Shown here: positions 28,333 to 41,667 of the stretch, piece by piece
Position numbering within the stretch: position 1 is the stretch's first letter
Layout: every line of letters starts with the position of its first letter
NCBI GenBank assembly: GCA_951406725.2
Contig: OX597830.1
Span: 78,616,001-78,680,000 of the forward strand
From: Octopus vulgaris
Taxonomy: Eukaryota
DNA length: 64,000 nucleotides
Direction: 5' to 3'
Program-made: the position numbers and the translations under genes
The notes under the pieces: generated by a model
What the model was told of the DNA's origin: nothing
What the model saw: the letters and a program-made list of their open reading frames with translations, nothing else
The model's database searches: none

Positions 28333-28969
28333 TAATAATGATAATAATAATATCTGAAACCAAATAAAATTGGTTTCTCTTACCGCTCCCTCTCTCTCTC
28401 TCTCTCTCTCTCTTTGTACACACATATATGCAAATACACATACTTATATACATGCATACACCCTTTTTAAAATACATCCTCATCCTCTTATTACACCACC
28501 CCCGCCGTCACTACCACCACCACCACCACCAGTAACAACAACATCAGCAACAGCAATGACAAGCAACTACACCACAATCAACAACAAATGGGTAAAAATA
28601 ATAAAAAAATAAAAATAAAATAAGCATATTAAAAATAAAATAAAATAGAACTAAATAAAATATATATTAAAACTAAGAGAGAAAAAAAAAACATATAAAG
28701 ATGAGGAAAAATAAAACAGCGAAGGATCTTGTGAAATTCGAACCGATCAACTTCTATTTGAACAGATGTAATAGGTGATCAATCATAAACAGAAGGCAGG
28801 AGGTCGATTGGATGACAAAGCCACCTTCCGCCTAAACGGCATCGGCTGAAAGCGTTTTTCTGTCCTCCTCCACCCCGCCCTCTATCCTTCACCTCACACA
28901 CTTTTGTGTTTCACCCACCCTCCACACACACACACACCTTTTTTTCCGATGGAACTTGTATTTCTGTGT

Positions 28970-29436
28970 ACGTTAGCCATCATGGCGGCTTGTGTTAGTC
29001 TATGTATGTTGGCCATTATTACCGCGTGTGTTATTTTTTCTGTGTGAGGTAGCGAAGATGGTAGCTTTATGTTGCTGTGTATCTCAGCCATCATGGCGAC
29101 TTATTTTACTGTATGTGTGTTGGCTGCTATGGCAGCTTATATTTTCTCTTCGATAGCCATGATGGCGGCTTCTGTTAGTCTAGTTATGTAGGCCGTTATA
29201 CGCTTGTATTTTTTCTGTGTGAGGTAACCCTGATGGTGGTTTATACTGCAGTGTATCTCAGCCAACACGGCGACTTAGTTCACTCTATGTATGTTGGCCC
29301 TTAAATCGCCAATATGGTGGCGTCTATGTATATTGGCCATTATTACCGCTTGTTTTATTTTTTGCGTGTGAGGTAACCAAAATGGTAGCTTACATTGCTT
29401 TTGTATATCCGCTATTATGGAGACTTATTTTACTAT
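28970..29436. repeat. Diverged minisatellite, ~35-nt monomer within a ~150-180-nt higher-order repeat
   Basis: gtgtgaggta recurs near 29042, 29217 and 29365. gccat.atggcg palindromes repeat. Confidence 0.75.
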
Positions 29437-29449
29437 ATACATATATACA

Positions 29450-29606
29450 ACGGCTTCTTTCAGTTTCCATCTACCAAATCCACTTACAAGGCTTTCGTCG
29501 GCCCGGGGCTGTAGTGGAGGACACTTGCCCAAGGTGCCACGCACTGGGACTGAATCCGGAACTATGTGGTTCGTAAAGCTACTTACCAGACAGTCACTCC
29601 TGCGCC
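29450..29606 (-). mobile_element. SINE family B 5' half
   Basis: cggcttctttcagtttcc...acacttgcccaaggtgccacgc...ctcctgcgcc. Confidence 0.85.
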
Positions 29607-30296
29607 TGTGTATATGTTTATATGTATATATATATATATAATGAAAATATCAGGTACAGTTGAACCATTTTTAAGAAGGGCAGTACAACACATGAACGGT
29701 CCTTTTTTGTTGTTTTGGTGGGGGGTGGGCAGAAAGATCATCACAATGGCCTACGTCCAGCAAGCACATTGCTACATGTTAGCATTATCTCCCTTCTGAA
29801 ATCCTGCGTTTGACCATCGGAAATGGTCAATGCAAGAATTTAAACAGACTAAATATAAGAACTCGAGGATTGAAAATTTCATAATGAACGAATTTCGTAT
29901 CGAAGTTATTTCCTACAAAAGAAAATTAATCTTAGTCTTAATTTGTATAAATATCATAGAAGACGAAGTGTTATGCCCAAGAATACCACGCGTCGTCTGG
30001 TCCAGGAATCGAAACCCTTAATCAAGAGATCTTGAGTGCAACATCCTAACCACTAGGCCACGTTCTCTCACCTTCTGAGATATATAATATATGGGACGAG
30101 GTTTGCATTTTCAGTAATCCCCACTCACACTTTTTTTAAGAAACCTGAAAGAGTATATGGTTGATTTACAAGAAGACAGAAATAACAACACGCAACCTAG
30201 ATTCTTAGTGGACATTTTGAATACATTTACAAAAATAACAATTGATTATATGAAGAAGAGCTTTAGACTGGTTAGGACGCTTCTATAGGGTATAAA

Positions 30297-30528
30297 GGCG
30301 GTGAGCTGGCAGAATCGTTAGCACGCCGAGCGAAATGCCTAGCGGTATTTCGTCTGCAGCTACGTTCTGAGTTCAAATTCCGCCGAGGTCGACTTTGCCT
30401 TTCATCCTTTCGGGGTCGATTAAATAAGTGCCAGTTACGTACTGGGGTCGATGTAATCGACTTAATCCGTTTGTCTGTCCTTGTTTGTCCTCTCTGTGTT
30501 TAGCCCCTTGTGGGTAGTAAAGAAATAT
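30297..30528 (+). mobile_element. SINE family A, full-length monomer, tail A
   Basis: A box tggcagaatcgtt, B box gagttcaaattcc, TSD-like gtataaagg on both sides. Confidence 0.92.
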
Positions 30529-30609
30529 GTATAAAGGTGGAATTTGGTCACGCTAAATATTTCTGATTCATTGTAAAACTAAGGAAAACTACAAGCAAGT
30601 TCTGCTCCA

Positions 30610-30920
30610 AATTCAACTCCAGTTTCAGTTGATCCGATCAACGGAACAGCCCGCTTGTGAAACTGGCATGCATGTGGCTGGGCACCCTACCCGTGTGCAC
30701 GTGTACTGTTAACGTAGTTCTCAGAGAGATTCAGCGAGACACAGGGTGTAACAAGGCTCGCCCCTTTGAAATACAGGTACTACTCATTTTTGGCAGCCGA
30801 GTAGATTGGAGCAACTTGAAATAAAGTGTCTTGCTCAAGGACACAACGCGTCGTCGGTAACTGAACTCACGACCCTACGATCATGAGCCGAACACTACAA
30901 CCACTAAGCCACGGACCTTC
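30610..30920 (-). mobile_element. tRNA-derived SINE (D-type head, C-type 3' part)
   Basis: Minus-strand head tggcttagtggtt...gagttcagttacc and ccttgagcaagacactttattt. A 50-nt local tandem duplication lies at ~30883-30984. Confidence 0.7.
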
Positions 30921-31097
30921 ACGATGGTCAAACTGAGCCGAACACTATAACCAAGAAACCATGGGCCTTCACGATGGCCAAACTGTTTCACCAATATCTG
31001 ACTATTTCATCAATATCCTTTCTACTGGAAGCTAGGGATGAATTAAAAATATATTCAGGTGAAAAATGCATCGAGGCACGCTAAACCATGGAATATT

Positions 31098-31539
31098 CTT
31101 TTCTATTCTAGGCACAAGGCCGGAAATTTGGGGGAAGGGGCCAATCGATTAGATCGACCTCAGTACACAACTGGTAGTTAATTTATCGATTCCGAAAGGA
31201 TGAAAGGCAAAGTCGACCGCGGCAGAATTTGAACTCAGAACGTAGCGGCAAACGAAATACCTATTTCTTTAGTACCCACAAGGGGCTAAACACAGAGGGG
31301 ACAAACAAGGACAGACAAACGGATTAAGTTGATTACATCGACCCCAGTGCGTAACTGGTACTTAATTTATCGACCCCGAAAGGATGAAAGGCAAAGTCGG
31401 CCTCGGCGGAATTTGAACTCAGAACCGTAGCGGCAGACGAAATACCGCTAAGCATTTGGCCCGGCGTGCTAAACGTTTCTTATTTCTTTATTGCCCACAA
31501 GGGGCTAAACATGCTAACGTTTCTGCCAGCTCGCCGCCT
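31098..31539 (-). mobile_element. SINE family A dimer with 16-bp TSD and a nested tail fragment
   Basis: TSD taaaccatggaatatt at 31082-31097 and 31541-31556. Structure is head, body + tail A, body + tail B. Confidence 0.92.
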
Positions 31540-31756
31540 TTAAACCATGGAATATTACATTGGGATGAAAACAAATTTTGTCTGGTTGAATAGGCCGCCA
31601 GACATAACTAAAAGTCCCGGATAACATGAATTTCCTTATATATAGGGAGTATTACATTGCTGAAGGATGGAGAGGGGAGTTGCAGCCCAATCCTAGTGCG
31701 GCACTTCCCCCTCCAGGTGTCTCTTTCATTCTTTTGTTGTCTTACCATTACTATTA

Positions 31757-31892
<136 letters not shown>

Positions 31893-31919
31893 GTATATAT
31901 ATATATGTACATTTATATA

Positions 31920-31982
<63 letters not shown>

Positions 31983-32433
31983 TGCGTCCCAGAAGTCGCG
32001 CACCATTCTGGTTTGCATTAAAAATTATTAAAGCAATTTATTCTATTATATTTATTTCGGCATGTTTTATTGTAGAGGGCGCTCAATTTGAGCATTTGTT
32101 ATGATTGATTTCAATAACGTGTTTTTGAAATCAGTAAGGGTGTATTCTTTTAAAAAAAAAGCAGGGTTATTCTACAATTTATATAAGTTATTATTATTTT
32201 TTTGCAATTTACTTAATCTTTGACATTTTATTGTTATTTTAATGTTAATATTTATATTATATGTAATTTTCTGGATGGTGTAATTTAACTGTTCCTTTTG
32301 AATTGATAAAAAGTGGTTTTATTATAATTTGATATATATATATATATGAGAACATAATCTTTTGTGGAGAATGACGATTTGACGTCTATATCTAGCATGT
32401 TGACTGTCCACTTTTCGTGTTCAGTCCTTAATT

Positions 32434-32479
<46 letters not shown>

Positions 32480-32686
32480 TGGCACTCCGTCGGTTACGAC
32501 GACGAAGGTTCCAGTTGATCCGATCGACGGAACAGCCTGACCGTGATATTAACGGGCTGAGCACACCACAAACGTGTATACTCTTGATGTAGTTCTCAGA
32601 AAGATTCAGCGTAACACAGAGTCTGACAAGGCTGGCTCTTTGAAATACAGATACTATTCATGTGTGTGTGTATGTGTGTGCGTGTG

Positions 32687-32729
<43 letters not shown>

Positions 32730-33295
32730 TGCCTAATCCAATTCCTCCGTAAGAATTAATGGGCGGGTTTCCCAGTTTCTCTGGCATATATATATTTTCC
32801 TGGATAGGACGCCAGTCTGTCGCAGGATAACTCACTTTTACCAGCTGAATGGACTGAAGCAACATGAAATGAAGTGTTTTGCTCAAGAACAAAACCCATC
32901 GCCCGGTCGAGGAATCGAAATCACAATCTTACGATCATGAGTCCACATATATATATGAATGCATATATACATACGTATAAACATAAATACAATGTATGTA
33001 TGTATGTATGTATGTATGTATGTATGTATGTATGTATGTACGTATGTACATATGTATGTATGTATGAATATTTGTATGTATGTATGTATGTATGTATGTA
33101 TGTATGTATGTATGAATGTATGTATGTATGTATGTATGTATATATGTATGTATGTATGTATGCATGAATGTATGTATGTTTGTATACACATATACAGACA
33201 TACATGAAAATTAGCATACACACTGGCATACATACTGACAGGTGTACAAATATATAGACAGACAGATTGATTTGCCTATATACATTCAAACAGAG

Positions 33296-33464
33296 ATGTC
33301 TGCCGTTACGTTGTGAGTTCAAATTTCGCCGAGGTCGACTTTGCCTTTCATCCTTTCGGGGTGGATAAATTAGGTACAAGTTACGCACTGGGGTCGATGT
33401 AATCGACTTAATACCTATGTCTGTCCTTGTTTGTCCCCTTTAGCCTCTTGTGGGCAATAAAGAA

Positions 33465-33466
<2 letters not shown>
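33296..33466 (+). mobile_element. SINE family A, 5'-truncated
   Basis: Body plus tail A ending gtgggcaataaagaaata. Confidence 0.85.
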
Positions 33467-33497
<31 letters not shown>

Positions 33498-33859
33498 TAT
33501 GCATGCATGTGACAGATATGCTAACATACAGGCATACATGCATACGCATACATACATACATACATGCATACATACATACGTACATACATACATACATACA
33601 TACATACATACATACATACATACATACATACATACATACATACATACATACATACATACATACATACACACATACATACAAACCACAACACATGTGCAAA
33701 ATGGAAGCAAGTTGAGAGCTTGCCTTATGACATCATCGATGTCAGTGTCTATCTAACTCCCGAAGACAACGTACGAGGATTTGTAGAATGCTTGTGTCAC
33801 AGCATTGCGTGTTAATGTGTGACACTGGGTAACGGGCTCGCTCGCAAAATATAATATTA

Positions 33860-33918
<59 letters not shown>

Positions 33919-35320
33919 TCGGTAAGGGTCCTTAGTGTGTATACAAGCCTCAAGAACACTGCTCTTTTTCGGGCAGAGGTGATAAGAGGCGGCAGATGCT
34001 CTGTTTTACAGAAATCCCAAAGAACTAACACCTTTCTCCCTTCTGTAGCTTGAAATAATTGTTTGTAACAAGCCAAGCACCGACATTACCAAGGTCTGTA
34101 TAAATATATGGTAGGACGGTTTTGGCTGTATGGTTGTTGTTGTTGTTGTGGTGGTGGTGGTGGTGGTGGCGGTGATGGTGGTGGTGATGGTAGTTATGGT
34201 GGTGGTGTTGGTAATGGTGATTGCGATGGTGGTAGTGGCAACAAAGGTAGTAGTTTTGGCTGTGGTGATGGTGGTAGTGGTGATGATAATAGTAGAAATA
34301 ATGGTGGTGGTAAAGCTGGCGATGGTGATGGTGATATTATCGTTAGTGATGGAGGTGGTGGTAGCGATGGTTTTGTTGGTGATGTTGTTACTGCTGATGG
34401 TGAAAGTGTTAATTTGTTAAGTGATATGATTGGGGTGCGTGTTTAAGTTCAAAAAACGAAAAAAAGATTAAAGTTACTTCCTGAGCTATAATCTCATAAG
34501 GCTGGTTGCTGTATATATACCCCTATCCAACCTCTAGATGGAACGCCAGTCCTTCGTAGGATTACTCATTTTTTGTCAGCAGAATGGACAGGAACAACGA
34601 GAAATGAAGTGTTTTGCTCGGAAACACAATGCATCAACCGGTTTAGGAATAAAAACCATATGATTGCGACCATATGTGCTACACCCTATCCACGTCCCTG
34701 TAACCTAGCTGTTCGGCAAAAGAAACCGATAAAATAAGTACCAGGCTTTAAAAAAAGTTCTGGGATCGGTTTATTCGAGCTAAAAGTTACACAAGACGCT
34801 GCTCCAGCATTGCCGCACGTAAAAGATAGAAGATAGAAGATAAGTGCACCACCACTCCCTAGTCAGAGCGTCGCGCGCCTTAATAATATTAAAGGATGAA
34901 CTAGAACACCGTAAGGCATTTTGTCTGCCCCTTAAACTCATCCCATCTACAATTGCCCCATGGAGGGAAACAAATTATTACAAAGATTTCTAATTGGTAG
35001 TGTGGTCTAGCACATTTTCAGGGAGGAGGAGGAGGAGGCGAAGGAGAAGGGAGGAGGAGGAGGAGGAGGAGGAGGATGCTTTCTTCCAAGGAATCTAATG
35101 CTCTTAGCTTAGTTTTTCCTTGGGGCTGGCCATATTGGAGCAATCTCAAGATTGATCAGGCCGAAATAGCGAGGATAATCTGGTTCTTGGCTGAGGATAG
35201 AAAGCTTCGAATAACCCTTCCATGTTTTATTGTTTTTTTGTATCCGTCTATCTGGATGTTTTGTTGTCCCTTTTTGTATCACCTAGTTGTCTGGATGTTT
35301 TGCGTTCTTGTCCCATTTTG

Positions 35321-35425
<105 letters not shown>

Positions 35426-35610
35426 TAAACATATATATATATATATATATATAAACAAGGAAAAGGAAAGATCCCAAGAAGGGAAGACAGAAGAAAAAAT
35501 TTTTTGGTGGTGGTGCTCAAAGATTATATATATGCGAAGCATGTTGGAAGAAATAGTATTCGAATACTTAAAGTAGAGTAATATGCTCTTATTAAAAAGC
35601 CTTCATCACA

Positions 35611-35650
35611 GCTGTCCGACGAACGGCAACGTGAAACTCTGAGTAACAGT
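35611..35650 (+). ncRNA. 40-nt minimal type I hammerhead motif (U4C core variant)
   Basis: gctgt CCGACGA acg-GCAA-cgt GAAA ctc-t-gag TA acagt. All three stems pair and stem II has a GNRA loop. Confidence 0.7.
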
Positions 35651-35688
35651 TTGCGTGGAGTTTGCAATTTTAATAAAAGTATGAATAT

Positions 35689-36058
35689 AGGAGTGGCTGT
35701 GTGGTATGAAGCTTGCTTTCCAACCACATGATTCCGAGTCCAGTCTTACTGTGTGACACCTTGAGCAAGTGTCATCTACTATAGCCGACCAGGACCTTGT
35801 GAGTGGATTTGGTAGATGGAAACTGAAAGAAGCCCGTCGTATATATGCATAAGTTTGTGTGTCCGAGCTTGTCCCCCACCACCATCGCTTGACAACCGAT
35901 GTTGGCGTGTTTATGTCCCAGTAAATCAGCAGTTCGACAAAAGAGGCCAGTAGAATATAAGTACTGAGCTTACAAAGAATAAGTCCTGGGTTCGATTTGT
36001 TCGACTAAAAGTGGTGCTCCGGCATGGCCACAGTCAAATGACTGAAGCAAGTAAAAGA
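35689..36058 (+). mobile_element. SINE family B
   Basis: Head aggagtggctgtgtggta through tail gactgaagcaagtaaaag. Confidence 0.85.
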
Positions 36059-36068
36059 AAAACACAAT

Positions 36069-36109
<41 letters not shown>

Positions 36110-37190
36110 ATATATACACACACACATATATATATATAAACACGTACAAATATGCATCAATTAATTGTGTAACTGTGTGCGTACGTGTGTGCGTGTTTGT
36201 GTGTGCGCGCACGCTTTTGTATGTATGTATGTATGTATGTATGTTTGTATGTATGTATTCATTACATATACAACTTTAAACCAGAAACCAAACCTGATGA
36301 GAACAAAAAAACACAAAAATCCCTAAATACAACATAGGTACCATCCAGCAACATCCATCCGTCCCTTATTTAGTTTTCAAAACCTATTACCAGGCAACCT
36401 CAACATGTTCGCCATTTCAAGAACACGCCGATTCTCTGACCTTCTTGATATTTACACTTTAAGGTGGGTTGAGTTCAATTTGGCCAGATGGTATGCGGGG
36501 TGAGAGTTCGAACGCATATAAAAACGGATGAATGAAAGAAACGAATTTCATAATGGTTTCACATTTGAATTTTTTTTAATTAAAAAGAATTTTGCGTTGC
36601 TTTTTTTTTTTTGCAAATTTTTAAATATATTTTTTTATTTCCTCATTTTTCTGTTGAGAGGGAAATTATAATAGTTTAGTAAATAATGTTGTTCCATTTG
36701 TCGATTTGTTGTTAAGGTTTTGTTCGAGGAGTACGTATATACATACATGCATACGCGCGCGCGTGTATGTGCGCGCGTGTGTGTGGGAGCGTGCGTGCGT
36801 GTATGTGTGTGACTGTGTGTGTACTTCGTTTTTTGTATTTGGTTTGCAAGATTCTTGATGTGAATTCGTGTGTCGAAACAAACTTTGCTGATTCAATAAT
36901 AATAAACACACGCACTGGTTGAATTCCACTTCTGTATCATTAGCCAACTGATTGAATATCTAACCAACTAACTAAACTGCTGAAAAAGTAGCGAGGTACG
37001 ACGAAAGAATTTTTACTTACAAACAACCGATTGATTGCTTAACCAGCATATTATACATTATTTACATTATTTACATTATTTACAACTGACGGATAATTGT
37101 CCTCATCTTATATATATATATATACACACACAAACACATACATGCATACATACATACATGCATACATACATACATACATACATACATACA

Positions 37191-37223
<33 letters not shown>

Positions 37224-37236
37224 GTATGTATATATA

Positions 37237-37392
37237 GGCGTGGCTGTGTGGTAAGAAGCTTGCTTCCCAACTACATGATTCCGGGTTCAGTCCCACTGCG
37301 TGGCACCTCGGGCAAATGTCTTCTCCTATAGCCTCGGGCCAACCAAACCCTTGTGAGTGGATTTAGTAGACGGAAACTGAAAGACGTCCTTC

Positions 37393-37395
<3 letters not shown>
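37237..37395 (+). mobile_element. SINE family B 5' half
   Basis: ggcgtggctgtgtggtaag...gggttcagtcccactgcg. Confidence 0.85.
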
Positions 37396-37430
<35 letters not shown>

Positions 37431-37751
37431 TTTTACTCACTCCCCTTGCTTAGTGGTCATTCAAATAGCTCTTTTGCCTTAATAACGGTCAATCACACAG
37501 TAATTTCCCTTTGTATAACGGTCATTTTTCATTGTATTTTCCCGATGGCCGGATAACTTAAGAGATGGTGAAGGGGATTTCCACCTCGGCATCCGAAACT
37601 CGGAGTTTTTTCATGGCTTCCGAATAATTGTCACATATTACATTTACAGATAAATTCCTCTATTGACATAATACCGAGGTCTCTTTCTTTCTTTTGTTGT
37701 CCTACCATTTTTGTCAGTAACATATATATATATATGTTACTGACATATATA

Positions 37752-38160
37752 GCAGGAGTGGCTATGTGGTAAGTAGCTTGCTAACCAACCACATAGTTCC
37801 GGGTTCAGTCCCACAGCGTGGCATCTTGGGCAAGTGTCTTCTGCTGTAGCCTCGGGCCGACCAAAGCCTTGTGAGTGGATTTGGTAGACGGAAACTAAAA
37901 GAAGCCTGTCGTATATATGTATATATATATGTATGTGTGTGTATATGTTTGTGTGTCTGTGTCTGTCCCTCTAGCATTGCTTGACAACCGATGCTGGTGT
38001 GTTTACGTCCCCGTCACTTAGCGGTTCGGCAAAAGAGACCGATAGAATAAGTACTGGGCTTACAAAGAATAAGTCCCGGGGTCGATTTGCTCGACTAAAG
38101 GTGGTGCTCCAGCATGGCCGCAGTCAAATGACTGAAACAAGTAAAAGAGAAAAGAGAAAG
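37752..38160 (+). mobile_element. SINE family B, full length
   Basis: Complete head, body, internal microsatellite and gtaaaagagaaaagag tail. Confidence 0.92.
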
Positions 38161-38194
38161 ATATATATATATATATATATACATATATATCAAA

Positions 38195-38560
38195 GGTACA
38201 TAGATTTCCATTAATTAATATATAACAAATGCACAAACAAATGGAAACAGGCACAGAATGTCACCAATTCCTCATCAGTTGACGGCCAGAAGGTCAAACG
38301 CAATTCCGCCGTAATATTCAACTGTTACGATCCAGTCTAAGAAATTGTTCGTTTGGATTCGATCTGATTTCCAGGATACAAAGTAATTCACTTTGTTCTT
38401 TCTTGCAAAACACCAGTATTCGTAATCTTTTTCTTTTTTAAGGAAATCTTTTGTTACTTAAAATTGTAAAAGACATAACTGACATTAAACCGCTCGAGTA
38501 GTCTTCATTGACATTAATTCACTACAAGTATTCTGTCCCTTCTCGCTCACTACCACCAAT
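38195..38560 (-). mobile_element. Possible highly degraded PLE 3' remnant
   Basis: Broken minus-strand frames give RLLERFN...EYW...ITLYPGN, resembling a GIY-YIG C-terminus. These are followed by a hairpin + CTGATGA and an AT-rich end at (TA)n. Confidence 0.35.
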
Positions 38561-39244
38561 TTTCAACTAGGCATTCAAATCCGCTGGTCTGCAACATTCG
38601 ATGGTCTGCCACAATGCATGACTTTTACAGAAATATTGAAATTATTTCATCGCGGAGTCCAACTGATTCTCGACTTTTCTCAGAAACAATTTCAGCGTCA
38701 TTCATAAGCTGTAAACTGTTAATAACCGTCTTCAATGCTAATGTTTTCAGCTGTTATTCTGAAAGGCAAAATACGGTTCATCTAGATTTAAACCTTAGCC
38801 AAAACTGGGAAGCGCAAGACTGACGATCAATAAGCCCAGGATTACACATCTTTCCTCATATTGACATTACCAAAGCTCTCTCTTATTCTCTTTCTCTTTC
38901 TTCCTTCCTCTCTCAATCTCTTTCTCCTTGCCTTTCTTTCTGTTTCTTTCTCTGTGTCTTTCTCCCCTACTCTCTATTTCTCTCCATCTCTCTTCATTTC
39001 TTCCTCTTTTTCTCTCATTTCTTTCCTTCTTTCTTTCTTTCTTACTTTCTTTCTTTCTTCTTTCCTTCCTTCTTTCCTTCCTTCTTTCCTTCCTTCCTTC
39101 CTTCCATTGTTCCTTACTTTGTAAGATATATATTTAGGTTTTCCAGGTCATTCAGATACTAGAATCTATACTTTGATGTTGTTTGCCTTTAAAAGCCAGC
39201 AGAATGGCAGAAACAGTAGATTATATGTCTTGCACTGGACATTC

Positions 39245-39293
<49 letters not shown>

Positions 39294-40041
39294 TCTGTAG
39301 ACATGACTGCAATCCAATGAATGAAACCGGTGAAAAAGTACCCATTCCTTTCACCTTTTGCCTTTTACTTCTGTCAGGTCATTAGACTGCGGCCATGCTG
39401 GGACACACACACACACAGACTATAGTTCTACTATAGTCTATACCCGAGACTATAGTAGAAGACACTTGCCTAAGGTGCATCGCAGTGGGACTGAACCCGG
39501 AACCATGTGGTTCGTAAGCAAGCTGCTTACCACAAACCCACTCCTAAATTTTTTATTTTATTTTATTTTACTCTATTTTTGTCATTGGTCAGTAAGCGTT
39601 ATTCCCTATTTACTTCTATCTAGAAATCAAAGGAATTCAAACTTTGTTTTTGCGACCTGTAAAACGGTTTTTTGAAACTGACCCATTTTCCATTACATTT
39701 CAGACAGATTCAGAGTTGCAGAAAGAGGAAATACCATTATAGTAAATATTCTGCTCTATACCACAGATTCGCTGATCAGTTGCTTGACCTCAACTACTTG
39801 GGCATGACCGCTAGTGGCTGACAATACGTGTATCTCTGATCATGAGCACGAGTATTGGCGGAAGCATCGTAGCGATGTGTTGAGAGGGATTCTTTGGGGT
39901 TTGAATAAATGTAACAAAAGTAAAGTTTGAAGGAAATATTAGCCGTTTTTCATACTTTCTAAGGATAAGCAAATATGAAATAACAGTTGATGTCGAAGGG
40001 GGAAAATAAAGCTACACAGCGTTATTCAATAAGCTTTCTAT

Positions 40042-40620
40042 GGCGGCGAGCTGGCACAATCGTTAGCACGTCGGGCAAAATGCTTAGCGGTATTTCGTCT
40101 GCCGTTACGTTCTTAGTTCAAATTCCGCCGAGGTTGACTTTGCCTTTCATCCTTTCGGAGTCGATAAATTAAGTACCATTTACGCACTGGGGTCGATGTA
40201 ATCAACTTAATCCGTTTTGTCTGTCCTTGTTTGTCCTCTCTGTGTGTAGCTCCTTGTGGGTAGTAAAGAAATAGAAATAGGTATTTCGTCTGCCGTTAAG
40301 TTCTGAGTTCAAATTCCGCCGAGGTCGACTTTGCCTTTCATCCTTTCGGGGTCGATTAAATAAGTACCAGTTACGCACTGGGGTCGACTTAATCCGTTTG
40401 TCTGTCCTTGTTTGTCCTCTCCGTGTTTAGCCCCTTCTGGGTAGTAATGAAATAGGTATTTCGTCTGTCTTTATGTTCTGAGTTCAAATTCTGCCGAGTT
40501 TGACTTTGCGTTTCATCTTTTCGGGGTCGATAAATCAAGTACCAATTGCATACTGGGGTCGATCTAATCGACTGGCCCTCTCCCCCAAAATGTCGGGCCT
40601 TGTGCCTAGATCAGAAATGA
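40042..40620 (+). mobile_element. SINE family A trimer (tail A, tail A, tail B) with 16-bp TSD
   Basis: TSD aataagctttctatgg at 40028-40043 and 40620-40635. Two gaaatag|gtatttcgtctg junctions. Confidence 0.92.
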
Positions 40621-41421
40621 ATAAGCTTTCTATGGTATTCTGAAACGTATACGACGTTGAACAGAATGAACAATAAAGATGTGTTTTGTTCATCTAATAC
40701 ACAAAGCGACGAACGGCTCAATGAGCCAATCAAGGATCTTGTACGTGCTCACTAGCTTTGCAGGAAATAGCAGCTAAATCTGCTTCAAACCACACTCTGT
40801 CGTTAAAAAAAAAGGTGGGGAAAATATATTGAATAAGTAGAGTCCTCGATACATTCTGAATGGAAAATGCAAAAAGAAATGTCTGGACGGGCATGAATGG
40901 AATGTCTTTGACCATGGATCATCTATTCGATTACAACTGACTTAGAGTCTAAAGTACAACAACAACAACAATAATTACAGCTGTTCTGCCTTTAAATGAC
41001 ACGGCAGTGAAATTGCGAAGCCTTCCTCCATATTTTCGAGATACGTGTACATATTTTACATATTTTTTCAGGGAGGGAAGACAATACGGAAAAAGGAACA
41101 AAAAGGGGAAGAAAAAAGGGAAAACACTGAACAAAAGTTTCCTAAAACAAGGGCCTGTAGAAAAGGGGATTCAGGAGTTATCATTTCTATTGCATTTTGA
41201 TGCCTTTTGATGGATCTTCCAAGTATAATGTCGTTCCATTATGGATTTTCCAGTCAGATTTGTTCTGGCTATTATTAAGGATTACGTCTAATTGCACACC
41301 AAGCTTTTTCATGACAACTTGACAGTTTCTTTATCCCCGTCGTTTCACTCGCCATTTTTTTCTCGCTTTCTTCTTCTTCTTGATAAATTTTTACGTCTGC
41401 TTTGTAATATATGTGTATGTT

Positions 41422-41475
<54 letters not shown>

Positions 41476-41548
41476 TGTATGTATGTATGTATGTATGAAC
41501 GTATGTATATATATATATATATATATACTTATAGACATATATATACGT

Positions 41549-41583
<35 letters not shown>

Positions 41584-41603
41584 CATATATATATCTGTGT
41601 ATG

Positions 41604-41667
<64 letters not shown>

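Noticed and set aside
31978-32010. TA|CAGTG (and TA|CAGGGTG at 16240) resembling Tc1/mariner termini
   Set aside because: No matching second TIR or transposase remnant was found.
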